Source: Lama guanicoe (taxonomy: Eukaryota). Taken from it: 64,000 bases of DNA. Each line of letters begins with the position of its first letter. The stretch's first letter is position 1. Below, in pieces: positions 38,681 to 50,393 of the stretch. Location: the NCBI GenBank assembly GCA_013239625.1, contig MU053652.1, positions 8,940,077 to 9,004,076 on the forward strand. The letters are read 5' to 3'. The position numbers and the translations under genes are program-made. The notes below the pieces were generated by a model, which saw only the letters and a list, made by a program, of their open reading frames with translations, was not told the origin of the DNA and searched no databases.

Positions 38681-38809
38681 CAGAGAAAGAAAGTGAGACA
38701 AGAATTTGATGTGTTTCCCAAACGCAAAAGACCCCGATAGAAAGAACTACTCAGAACCGGGAGCGCGTGATGCAGCCTGAGGAACGGGAAAGGGCCTGGG
38801 GGTGGGGGG

Positions 38810-38950
38810 GACCTGGAGCCAGAAACGCTTGGATTTGAGTCCCAGCAGCCACACGTCTTTCCCGCGTCTGAGCTCTGTGTCCTTGGGCAAGTTACTTAAC
38901 CTCTCTGTAAAGTGGCCACTCAGTAAAGAAGGTGGTTGTGAGACTTAGAG
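38810..38950 (+). mobile_element. MIR SINE fragment
   Basis: ctggagccaga...ggatttgagtccca...agctctgtgtccttgggcaagttacttaacctctctg is the MIR core. Confidence 0.75.
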
Positions 38951-40437
38951 GCATGTAAGTTGTGGCCTTTGTTAACTGTTTCTCAGTATAAGGGTGGATT
39001 CAGAAGAAATTGAGAGGCCAACGTACACTACCACTCTCACCGCCGGTTCTCCCCGGGTTGTCACAGGGTCCTTCTAGATCACAGTCAGCTCTGCGGATCT
39101 TCAGCCCCGCCCCTGACGAGTGCGTGGACTGGCTAGAATTGTCCAGATCCGGGAGACTTTATCTGGCCAAGCCTAGTGGGAGGAGAGGAGACGGGGAGGG
39201 CAAGTCGAATGGACTCCAGAAAGGGCCAGCACTGTGAGAGCAGCCCCAGGAGCTGCGGTTGGGAGGGGAGACAGCTGGAGACACATCTTTGGGTCCACAT
39301 GGGGATGCTGTTGGTCAGGGGTTCTGAAACCACAGGTATGATCTGATCGGGAGGTGCCAGACCACAAGCCCACGAGTGAGAAATTCCAGGCCTCGGCCTG
39401 TGCCCAGTAGGTTGAGTTCAAGAGAATTTCAGGGGCAGATTGATGTTCCTTAATGTTTTCCAAAGCTTAAGGAGGACTAGAATGGCATCCTGTGTCTCAG
39501 ACCAGAAATGCGCCCACAGAAAGCGCTTGGGAAATGGGAAAGGGAACGGAGACCGAGGCAGAGGAGGCTGAAGGCCGCCCCAGCGTGCCCCGAGGTAGCC
39601 TCAGCCTTGGAAGCCGAGCAAAAGGGCAGGCGCTGAGGACGACAGCCAGCACGGAGTCCTGCCCCCAGACCTAGGCGCCCCTAGGTCACAATCCAGGATG
39701 TCCATAGCAAGGGAAATGGAAGCCCTGGTGGCGCTGGGCCAGACACGCGGTGGCCTTAAGAAGCAGAAACTGATCACTCACCAAAAGGAAAGATACCGCT
39801 CCCAGCTTTGTACCAAGACTAGAGCTACTTTTTAAACTGAAGGGATGTTCCCCATCCCCATCATTCCTTTAAGACAACCTGCTTGCTGCTTCCTGAGTTC
39901 CAGACCCAGGAGACAGGATTTCATCCTCCCCACCCCCACCCTCCTATCCAGAATACCACTTTGCCTTTAACCTTCCTGTACTTTGCAACTTTTCTTAAGT
40001 GTGTCTGTATTTATGTGCTTATTTGCATGTGATTGGAAAAAATCAGCCAATAAGTATGTCCTAGATTTGTCTGAAATCTCCTTTTATATTGTCCATCCCT
40101 AGGATCAGGGATTCTCTGGTCAGAGAGGAAGTGAAGAGTTGATTTCAAACTCAAGAACCATCAGGCAGAGTGGATACTCTTTCCTGGGCAGCACGCGGCA
40201 CAGGCTTGTTTAATGGAGCCCCTACACACAATATGCACCTTCACAATACTTGAAAGTGGTGTGTCATATTATTTCTTTTTCTGCTTTAAATCAATTCTGG
40301 TTTGCCCTTTACCACTACCTCCTTCCTGACACCCAACAGGCAACACCTCTCTTGGGTGTGATTGGCAGAAAGAAAACTTTAAATGCTGAAGTTTGTTGTT
40401 TAGGGTATGTCCTTAAAATGTCAAGGAAGCAAAACTG

Positions 40438-41264
40438 TATTTTGAAAAAGTTTATAGCTTAACTTTTTAACAAGGTGATGGAATAGCTTTTTATATGTAA
40501 AGTAGTTTCATTTTTAAATCTCTTTTCAATCTCAACTTTGGGAGGAGATTTTAGCAGGAAGGTAGGAAAGTTTTTATTAAAGAGGGGCTCCACTAGTGAA
40601 AGGTCAGAATCCAACAGAACTGGATTTCAAAAAGTGGAAAATGAAACAGGGGAAGGCCTGGGTAGCACCACTATGTCAGGGGAGGGCTTTTGTTGGGCCC
40701 TCACTCCAACACCCCACCCCCAATCTGGGTAGTAATTTTTTAAAACATACTTCAAAGTTACTGTATTGAATAAGCTCATTCATTCAAACTGCTCAGTTTT
40801 GTTTTTATTACATTGGGTGGTTGCTAGGTGTGTTCTTTCATATAATTAGGATACTCTATCAAAAGTTGATTAATTTTAGAAATGCATAACAGCTTCTAAA
40901 GAGATGAAATCTGCTTTAATCAAATTGAGATTTTTAAAAAGCTTTTGTGAAAGGTTAATTTGTGAATCTACAGAAGAAATTGTCCCCTGGGGAACTCAAG
41001 ACTGGATGTGGGAGAGCAGGCCCTCAAGGGTAAGGAAAATCCTCAAGGTGGTGAAAAATAATTTATCAAATGTGATTCTTTGTGTGTACTTTAACATTTT
41101 CATGTATATAATCAGAAAGCAAATCATTGAGCAGAAGGGTTGTTTTTAAATACAGTTGTCTGAAAAATATTTTGAAAAAGTTTATAGCTTAACTTTTTAA
41201 CAAGGTGATGGATGGCTTTTTATATGTAAAGTAGTTTCATTTTTAAATCTCTTTTCAATCTCAA
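40438..41264. repeat. About 98-bp near-perfect direct repeat (40438-40535 and 41168-41264) flanking 632 bp
   Basis: Both copies read tattttgaaaaagtttatagcttaactttttaacaaggtgatgg...ctcttttcaatctcaa and differ only at gaatagc versus gatggc. Confidence 0.95.
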
Positions 41265-44119
41265 AGCCTCCCAAGAATGAAGTTGGCTTTGAAGTAGTCC
41301 CATTTTACAGAAAAACAATTCAAGGAAAAAGGGAACTGCCACCATCCATTGGGGTTAACAAGGAGTCCACGAGCTGTGTGCCCTCCCGGGCTGGCACACC
41401 CTGGCAAGAAGGCCAAAACAGGACAGGAAATGCATCATTTATTTCAGCCCTCAGAATGTCTGGGGGTGGTAGGGGTACTTAACAAAAAAAAAGTTTCTTA
41501 GAAGAGGGGAAATGTTGTTTTTGATTTCAAAGGATAATTGAAGAAACCAGTTTTAGAAGGATAGTAAGGGACAGAGAGGAGGAAAGAAGATTTTTATTTA
41601 CCCTTTATGCGACAGCAATGTGGGTGGGGTGGGATGGGTTAGTGAAGGCAGAAATCTCTGCACACTTGAAAAAGTGGGTGTTTTCTCCTCTTAAGTGCCT
41701 GTCCATACAAGTTGAACTAAAAGCTCTAGAAATTAATTTAAAATAACTGCAGACTACTGATGGATTGGATTGAATGTTTGAGAACGCAGCCAGTTTTGCA
41801 CATGGGTTTTGCAAATAAAGGGGAAGCTGGGATAACAGCAAAATACAGAGATGGGAAAAGAAAGGCCTTTCCTATTTCTAGTGACCATCACCTCTGAAAC
41901 TAAGCAAGAGGGGAGGATTCCATTGCTCACCTGCTCGCGGATGGACTGAACGCCAGACAAACTTGGCAGAGGTGCAGCGAGAAACCAAAAGGCACCTGCA
42001 CTTCTTCGGGCCTCACGCTAGAGTAAGAAAATGCTGGGATCCCACAAACCTTGCCTTGGATTTCCCCCTGCCCCGTGTTCCACAGGAAATTAATGAGAAA
42101 ATCCGACCAGCGGGGCTCCAGAATTTGAATTTACTAGCGGTATCTGAGTTCAGATGCCGGGGAATGGGGTGGGTGGACGGACACATCAAAAAACGAATCC
42201 GAAAGGCAAGGACAGCAACCACGTGTATTTTGTAGCTGCCACGTTTTACTTTTCTATCTTACATTCAAGTTGGCCAGTTGGAGCCCTGTTGACTGCCGGG
42301 GGCCTCTCTTTCAGTAGATATTGTGGCCTTCACTTACTTAGGGAAATAAGTTGGAATTTCCTATTAATATTAAAGGATAATTAATTTGCTTTTCAAATAA
42401 AAGGTCGATGTCAGCCAAATAAAAGGGGGAAAACTGATCCATTGGAAAGTGAGGGACCTCAATTACTATCATGTCCACTGCCTTTTGAACACAGCATATG
42501 CTCTCAATTTTTAAAGCTCATTTGTCATCAGTGGGAAATCTAAATCAGCGTCACTGAAACCAGTTTCTCTTTCTCTCCCCAACTCCCTTTTTTTCCTTCC
42601 CTCTCTGCCTCTCGTTTCAACAGTGTTGTGACAGTTCAGTTACTCTCCGTCATGAGTAAAAAGCTCGGAGAGCCAGCTCATGTGCCAGCACCGGGAACAT
42701 ATCCAGGCCCATGGTGCGAAAATGGGATATGCGTTGTCGAATTATTATTTTTGTCCTTTAGGTTTGCATCTACGCCCTTGTATTATGTAAATTTCCGAGA
42801 AGCTGTGAATCACAGGGTTAGGTGGAGGATTTTTTTCCCCCCTCCACTTGCAGCAGGAACCGACCCGATTCAGTCTTCGAATGGTTCACAGCCCCGTTCC
42901 TTCCTCCGGCTTTTTACAAGGACCCAGCTTTCCTCCTCACCCTCGACCCCAAGGGTCTGCAGGGCTGAAGGGCTGCCGCCCCGGTCCTGGGAGCCGTGGC
43001 GGGCCGCGTTCGCGACTTCAGCGGTCCGACCCTCGAGGTCACCGCGGGGCCGCGGGATGCTGTTCTCCTGCGGCCAGTGTTCACGCGGATGCCGGGTGCA
43101 TAGCTTCGCGGTGTTTCTGGTACCCTCTTCCGTATCCTCCTGCTCTGGGAGACTGTTGGGAAACTGAGGGCAGCACTGTTAGTGAAACTCAAAAAATCAA
43201 CTGAACTTAAAGAGGAAACGGTGGGAAGAGAAAAAGAAAAATAACTTCCAAATTACTTCAAACTAAGAAGACAATAATTTAACTTAACATGGTAAAAGTT
43301 AGTAAGATTCCTTAATGACGAAATCAAGCCTCATCTTGGGATATTCTCGGCGCGGATGTTACAGCTCAACTCTTGAAACAGGGTCAACGCCTGTAGGATC
43401 TGGTCTGAGAGAGGCCCCAGAAGGGAGGTGGGGGGAGTCGCAGAAGAGTGTCCACCCCCACTGAGGAAAGTGGGACGGCCGGCGGCTGGATTCCCCCTCT
43501 TCAGGACTGGGGAAACCAGCTGGAGGTGGCCGCCGGGGTATTGTACTATGTGGACAGCCGTCCCATCCCCTTTTGAAGGGAAAAAAAGAAGGGCTCAACA
43601 GGGAGAGCTGAGGAACGAGCATAAAAGGACAAATTGGAAGGTGGGGCCAAGAGGGAAAGTTAGAAGGAAACTGTCTTAAAGTAGAAGAATCTAGTTAGAA
43701 AATTCTCTTGCATTCCTACGACCGTCAAGAGACACCAACTAATTCTAAGTACACGCCAAAGGGCTTCGAAGGGAGGGTTCGCAGGGTCAGAGAGGTGGGC
43801 GCAAAAATACAGTACAGGGCAATGGACATGAAAGGTTTTTGGAGAACTCAGAGGTACCTCCCCCGCGCCCCCTTTTAAAACTTGGCTTAAGGAAGTGTTT
43901 TCTGGGAAACTCAAAATGACAGGTAAAACTAATAAAAAGATGCTCTAGTTCCTTCTTGGGCGTGCCACAGCGTCAGACCTGTTTCCTTTCGCCTGTCGTC
44001 TAAATTAAATGACCCTTCGGTAACACTCGGAGCCGTCAAAGCAAGTCTATTACCCAATGTTCTGTTCAAAAACTTTTCAAACAGGAGTTCTCCGCCATCT
44101 GTTAACTTCGTCTTTAAAC

Positions 44120-44810
44120 CCGATCCGGCACCAACCCTCTCCCAAAGATTTTGGAGACACCCCCCCCCCCACTTCCTCGCAGGCTTGCGGAGGGGAGGAG
44201 GATGGAGCAGCCGCCGGATCCGCGGGGGTGCACGGGGAGGGGGAGGAACGCGATCGCACCCCGGAGGGGCCGCGGAGCCAGCAGAGGCGGCGGTGGTCCC
44301 CAAGGCCGGAGGTCGGCGACCGAGCGGCGCTAGCGAACCCGGCACCCGGGAGGCCTCGCCGGAGCCCGGGAGCCTGGCTGGACGCGCACCGCACCGCGGA
44401 GCGGGCGGGAGGCCGGCGCCGGGAGTGGTGCTCCCGCTCCCAGCCCCCGCCAGGCGGCGGGAGACCCCGCCCCCGGGCCCCTCCAAGGCCGCCGCGCGGA
44501 GTCCGGTCGCCCTCGGTCTTGCCAACGACATTTTAACTCTTTGGGGCGCCTGAGCAAGAGCGAATGAGTGGAAAGCCCGGCTGGGGAGAGTGGCCAGCTT
44601 TTCTGTTTCACTTCACGTTTCTATCACCTGGCTCAGCTCGGGTCAGCGCCTCGGGAGTAAGGCGGGCGCCCCAGTTCCCACGCCGGCAGCGGGACGCAGT
44701 CTCCCTCGGAGGCCAGGGCAGGGAGAGCGAGGCCGCCGCGGTGATGGAGGCCCAGGCGGCTGAGGGCAGCGGGTCTGCGCGGGGCGCTCCGGCGGCCAGG
44801 GTCCGGGAGG
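44120..44810 (+). promoter_or_regulatory. CpG island; candidate distal FEZF1 promoter and first exon
   Basis: Very high GC and CpG content ending exactly at a + strand donor GAG|GTAACT (exon end 44809), after which the sequence turns AT-rich. The island is certain; the promoter role is inferred. Confidence 0.65.
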
Positions 44811-47459
44811 TAACTGAATCTATAAACAGCTCTCAGAGATTTCTAGCTCAAGGATTCTGATTTACTTCGATTGCTTCTCCATTCCGCAAAGCTCATTCTT
44901 TGTGTTATTTGAATTGCCACTGTCGACTTCTATTCCGTGAGAGATAAGGAAGAAAGTTTGAAAATAACATTAAAACTCTAAACCTCATGGGTTGTATCAA
45001 GGAAGGAGTCGTGGTGTGTATTTAAATACAGTTTTTATTTCGACTACAAAATGACGTTTAAAAACTGGGGACTGCAGCAAAACGCTGATCAGCCAGTTGC
45101 ATAACCAGCTATCACTGCAGGGCAAGAGAGCATACTTGGGGTGTCCTCTTCTGATTGTTCACCTCCCGGGTTTCAATAACATCGTTGTAAATTGCAAGCA
45201 AAACTTCACTGGTTTTTGTTGCTTGACTTCTTGGCACTCCTCAAATAAGTTGGAGAAATTGGGTTGCTTGTTTATAAACTTCTTTTTTCCATCAAGTCCA
45301 GCCCTGAGTCGGAGGCTGGCAGTCTGGAGGGGAAACACCTCACAGGCCTGCGGGAATGAGTGAGAAAAATCCAGCATTAGTGGAGGGGCAGAACCAGACC
45401 CAAGGCAGGTGATCAGCGTCTGTAATGCCTGCCAGCTCGTTACCAGCTCTCACCTTTGGGGCTCTTCATTTATTTTTACACAGTGATTTAATATGTAAAC
45501 GCTGTTTTGAGAAGAATGATTTCACTGGGTTTAAAGGAAACCCTAAACGAAAGAAATAATAACAACAAAGACCTAGAAACAGACAACAAGCTACTCTCCC
45601 ACCCCTCCAAATCCCAAAGAAAAGAGGGACCCACGAGTTAACTGAGGTATCCTACAGTCTTAACCTATGAAACTTACTGCTTTTCACATGCTGTATGAAA
45701 TTATCAAGAATTCTTTCTTTGCTACCAAACTAACAAAAAACAAAAGAAGTAGCCTTAAATCTGAACTCGTGGCCCATGTACTTGTCCATGTACTGGAAAG
45801 TTAGCTCCCACTGTGTATTCATGAACTAATCAGAGGAACTCAACAAGATTCTTTCCTTGAACCTTGCAGACCCTTCCTATTTATGTCCTATTCCATCACC
45901 AGCCTCCAACACACATGAGAAATAACAAAAGACCAGTCAGAGATAAAGACTGAGCAAAACTATAGAAGAATTTAGAAATGTTTTTCCTCCTCTAGAAGAA
46001 AGGTACATTGCCCTTGGTGCTATTTATTAAACAGGAGAAAGTGTGGATGAATCTGAATGCCTGGGAAAGTGAGGAGTGATCATAATAATTTTCTCTCCCT
46101 CCTTTAGCTTTCAGGAGCTAAGAAGAAGCAAAGATAAAGCAGACTGTTGCTTCTGACGAAGAGGTGGGGGTGGTAGATGTTGTCAGAAAGGACTGAAAAC
46201 CTTACAAAAGCATGACCAGGAATGAATTACACTTGGCAGAAGGCTGGATAAGTTATACTATTTCCCAATCCACTTTTTACTTTTAAAATGCTCAACAGTA
46301 TTTTGTGACATAAAAGAAGAAGAGATGAAATATTATGGATTATTTGATAATTGATGGCTCTATTATATTGTATCTTTTATTGCAAATTGCAATAATCTAG
46401 ACCAGAAACTGCATTTACTTGTGAGAGGGACATAAATTAAAAGCTTGTGAAAATTATACAAGTTCTTGAGTAATATCAAAAACATAGTTTAGGAAGCATT
46501 GAGATCAAAATTAGATTCCTTCAGGAAAATAAAAAGAAGAGAATTTTAAATTACTTAAAGCAGAGTAGAACTTTTTTCTTATTTTCTCAGAAAGTCTTAG
46601 CTCAGAGTTTATCTGGTCTCTTCAGACCAAGGGCTGTTCTGTTTCCCTCAGAACATCTCACCCAGGATAAACCACGCGTTTTAAACTCACCTTCCACAAG
46701 AATTTAAAGAGGTAGGACAAATGAATGCTGCCTTTCCATGGCTGGGAAGGGGAGGGAAAATTAATCATCAGCTCTGATGAAAAAAGGGGGGTATTATAGG
46801 ATTCTCCAAGAAAATACAAAGAAACTATAACCCAGTTTCCATATTGTCATTAACAAAACAAACAAGACTCCTTTGCACTCTTTTAATAAACAAATTTTAG
46901 TGTTGAACTGTTTTAGAAGCTAAATTTGTCAAATATGCTCTGCTTTTATTGTTTTTGTTTTTGGTTTTGGGTTTTTGTTTGTTTTGCTGTTATTTTTCAG
47001 CTTGTTCAGGAAAAAAACCCCAAAATACTGGATAGGTTTGTTAATAAGATGGAAGCCCTTTCTGAATACATTTTTGCATTTTAAGACAATCCTTACTTAA
47101 TAGAGATTTTTAAAAATTAACATATGGGTTAGGTTTTAAATGGGAAGTACTCATCAACAAGTGTTGGAATATCAAGACCAGGATTTATAAAGCACCTCTT
47201 TAGTCTTTAGGATTAGGAAGTTCAGGTCTAGGAAAGGAAGGGCATAATTGCTACTTGGCGACATTAGTGTTTCTCAAATGACACTATACCTTCAAACACT
47301 TGTCAAAAAGGCAAATCCCAAAAAGACCAGTGAAAAGCAAACGGTTGAGATGTTAACCATACAAAACACGTATACCCCTTAGCCAATAATTTTCCTTTTT
47401 AGTTCAGTGTCCAACGAAGGAGAAATTTACCGAGGTCAAACCAAGGCTCTTTTGCCGTT

Positions 47460-49125
47460 AAGGAGGGGGAAGTGGGGGAGGGGGAGAAGAGGGAGGGACA
47501 CGCGACGAACGTAAAACAAACTGGTGGCATTCAGTCAAGAAGGCAGGTAACGCTCCGGAAGCGGGTGAGTTGAACAAGTCAGCTGGGCGCTCCAAAGCTT
47601 TCCGGAGCCGGGCTATTTCGTGCTTCTTTGCTTTTTCTTTAAACCTGGCCCTATGTCGGAGAAGTGCAGCAGAAGGAGGATTTTTCAATGTTGGGAAGCG
47701 GCAGGTAGGAAAGGAAACCCGATCCGCCCCCAAAGGCAGCAATTAAAGTCTTAACCGCGACCCATCTGTCGTGGGACACCCCTACTCCCTCCTTTCCCCT
47801 AGCAAAGCCGTCCCGCGCTCTTTGTCTGGGCGGGGGAGAAGAGGAGACTGGTTCTGCGGCCCCAACAGCAAACGGAAAGAAAATCTCCAGCCTGAGCGCA
47901 TGCTGGGTGACTGCATCTGGGCCGAGAACCGCTCCGAAGTGCTGCCGGGGTGTGGCGCCTCTTCCCGGACCCGGGACCCGCGCTCTGCTCTGGCCTGATT
48001 CTGCTCTACTCTGCCGCTGCATCTGTCCTCCCAGCCCGGAGCCACCTCTAGACCCGAATCCAGGCACTTACTGACCTCGTTGCTAAGGCCAGTCTCATCC
48101 AGACCTTTCCCCGACCTGGCCCTTCGGCTGCCTTCAACTTCCAAAAGGACCCACGCCTCCTCCCCAATTTCCTCAGCAACTGGGTTTCCACGCCACTCGT
48201 CCCGCTGCGCTGCTTCGCGGTCGGGCTTTGGGCGTGCTCCCAGCCCAGGCTTTCGCGGCTTCCACCCTTCTTGGCCCACCGGGCGGGGGCGGGGCCGACC
48301 CCTACGAAAAGCCAGAGTGCTCCCTGGCCTGTGCTGGGCAATGGGGTAGGAAAGAAGGAATACTTTGAGGTCAGTTTCCTCCGTTTGGGGTCCAACTTTG
48401 CATTTGGGGGTGGAATTGGTCAGCGGCTCAACTATCCCATTTCTGGTCCGCTTGCTTCCATCCTCCCACTGCAGACCCTTTCCATAGGTCCAGCTGGAAG
48501 AGGACGCCCACAGCCGCTTGGCCCGATGTCTGGCACCCGCCACCACCCATTCTACACGCATCCACTCGGGGTAACTCACCAGGTAGATGGCTCCCTGGGG
48601 TGCTGCGGGTGGCCACTTACAGGGGCGTGCAGACCACAAGGCCCAGAGCTGCCACCTCTGCCCTGTTCCTCCACCTCCCGGCGTGGGCGCCAGGCTGCCG
48701 AGTCTTCCCTGCACAGCCGCTAGTGCACGCCTGGCCTTAGCACACCTGGCCCCAGGGCTAAGCTCCTCACGGTCGCCGGCTTGCCTAGGGGAGCGACGAG
48801 GATGATGTGCGCCACTGCTCCCGGCGCGCTCCGGGCAGCGCCCGCCTAGGCTTCGAGAACCCGCGCTGCCGGGGTCGCTGCCACACTGGAGTCTTCCGGG
48901 AACACTCCTTATGCTCTACAGCCGAGGCGCCACACCGGAGTGCGCCTGGATGGGGAGCGTTGCTGGGCATAGTCTCCGCGCGCTCTCTGGGAGGCGGAAG
49001 CGCGGCTGAAGCCAAGACTGGCTCGCAGGCAGGTGGCTATGCTCGTCGCCCCGAGATGCATACACACCCTGGCAGCCGCCTGAGCCTCTTTGAGGAGGCG
49101 TGCGGACCGCAGTCTGGAGGTTAGG
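47460..49125. promoter_or_regulatory. CpG island upstream of FEZF1
   Basis: GC- and CpG-dense block with a GC box (gggcgggggcggggc near 48281). Boundaries judged by eye. Confidence 0.8.
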
Positions 49126-49879
49126 GAAAGGAATCAATAAGTTGTTTTCCTTCTCTGCCCAACATTCAGTATTTAAAATGCTCCCAGAGAGCTCTAGCTG
49201 AGCGCAAGTACTTAAAGAACTACTCTTTCCAGGTTCTCAATGGAAACGCATAAAAGCGCGTGTGTTTGTGTGTATGCGTGTGTGTATGTGTGTGTGGCTG
49301 GGTAGGGGGAGGTCCGGCCCTAACCGAGGTTCCTTTTGGTGTGACACCCTTATTCCTTGCAACTCCTCAACTTTGTAGATGGAGTGTGTCTTTCCCAAGC
49401 TTATGTCACGGCATTGCATTTACAAAACCACAAACACAAGCCTCCCACGGCCTTTAATTCTCAGGGGCATTTGGGGAGGCCAGTTACCTGCTGGCGTCTT
49501 CCAAATGGTCCATACTCAGTTCGGGCCGCGGAGACTCCGGGATGCCAGGAGCACTCAGCCCTCGGCCCTAGAGAAAGAGGACTGCGGAGGAGACAGAACG
49601 GCTCCGACCCGGGCCCAGCTCCGGCCGGGAGGAACCATGCAGGGGAGGCTCGAATTTCTCTGCCGGAGGCTCCCTGGCCCCGGCTTTCTGGAGCCTGCTG
49701 TTTGATAAATATAGCCCGGCGTTTGCCCCTGAATTAGAGTCTGTTTCCTTATTTAGCCTTTGCACAATGATTTTAGGTGATGTCATTTAGAGCTAAACGA
49801 GAAAATTGATCTCAGATTTGCTTGGCCTCTAAAGCCTGGTTAAGCAGATTGAGAATTAAAAAGACAGAGGAAAAAGCAA

Positions 49880-50200
49880 AGGTGTAGGGGCGGGGGCGGA
49901 GGGTAGCTAAGTGTGCGCCTGAGAGTGTGTGCGCCGAGGGGAGGGCCTGCGGCGCTGCGGCGAGCGCCCCCGCCTCTTCTGGGCGGGGGAACCTCACTCA
50001 CCAATGAAAAGTAGTCACTGACTGCAGAGGGGAAAAAAAAGTTTTCCTGTTGACTGTTGGAAGCGAATTGAGCAATTATCTAGTTTACCTTCTCCTCTTG
50101 GAAGTTAACGATTGGCGAGATCTTGGCTGCGTTATTGACACAACACTTTCTATTGATAGAAATAAGTAGTGATTGTCCCCGAGTCATTGGTGCGCCAAGA
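49880..50200 (+). promoter_or_regulatory. FEZF1: FEZF1 proximal promoter
   Basis: GC boxes (about 49887-49900 and 49981-49988), CCAAT at 50001-50005, and ATTGG at 50111-50115 and 50186-50190, all 200-500 bp upstream of the ATG inside a CpG island. Confidence 0.65.
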
Positions 50201-50393
50201 ACTCTGCGATGGGCTGGCAGGAGTCCATTGGGCTGGGCAGGCAGGTTCGGCTGGTGATGCTGGGCAGGAGGAGGAGGAGGAGGCTGCTGATGGTGATGGT
50301 ACCCGTCCCCCTCTCTGCAGGTCTGTGACAAGCAGGGAACAAGGCAACGACGGCGCAACCCGGCGCGGGCTGACGGACGCTGGCGACTCAGTC

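Noticed and set aside
37564..44611. Many 100-200 aa ORFs on both strands in the CpG islands
   Set aside because: They overlap in several frames, have low-complexity Ala/Arg/Pro/Gly composition and mostly non-ATG starts. This is the expected artefact of high GC.
47782..48714. 310-codon minus-strand ORF upstream of FEZF1
   Set aside because: It starts at GTG, lies in a CpG island where stops are rare, is rich in Arg/Gly/Pro/Trp with no recognisable domain, and is interrupted by plausible antisense splice donors.
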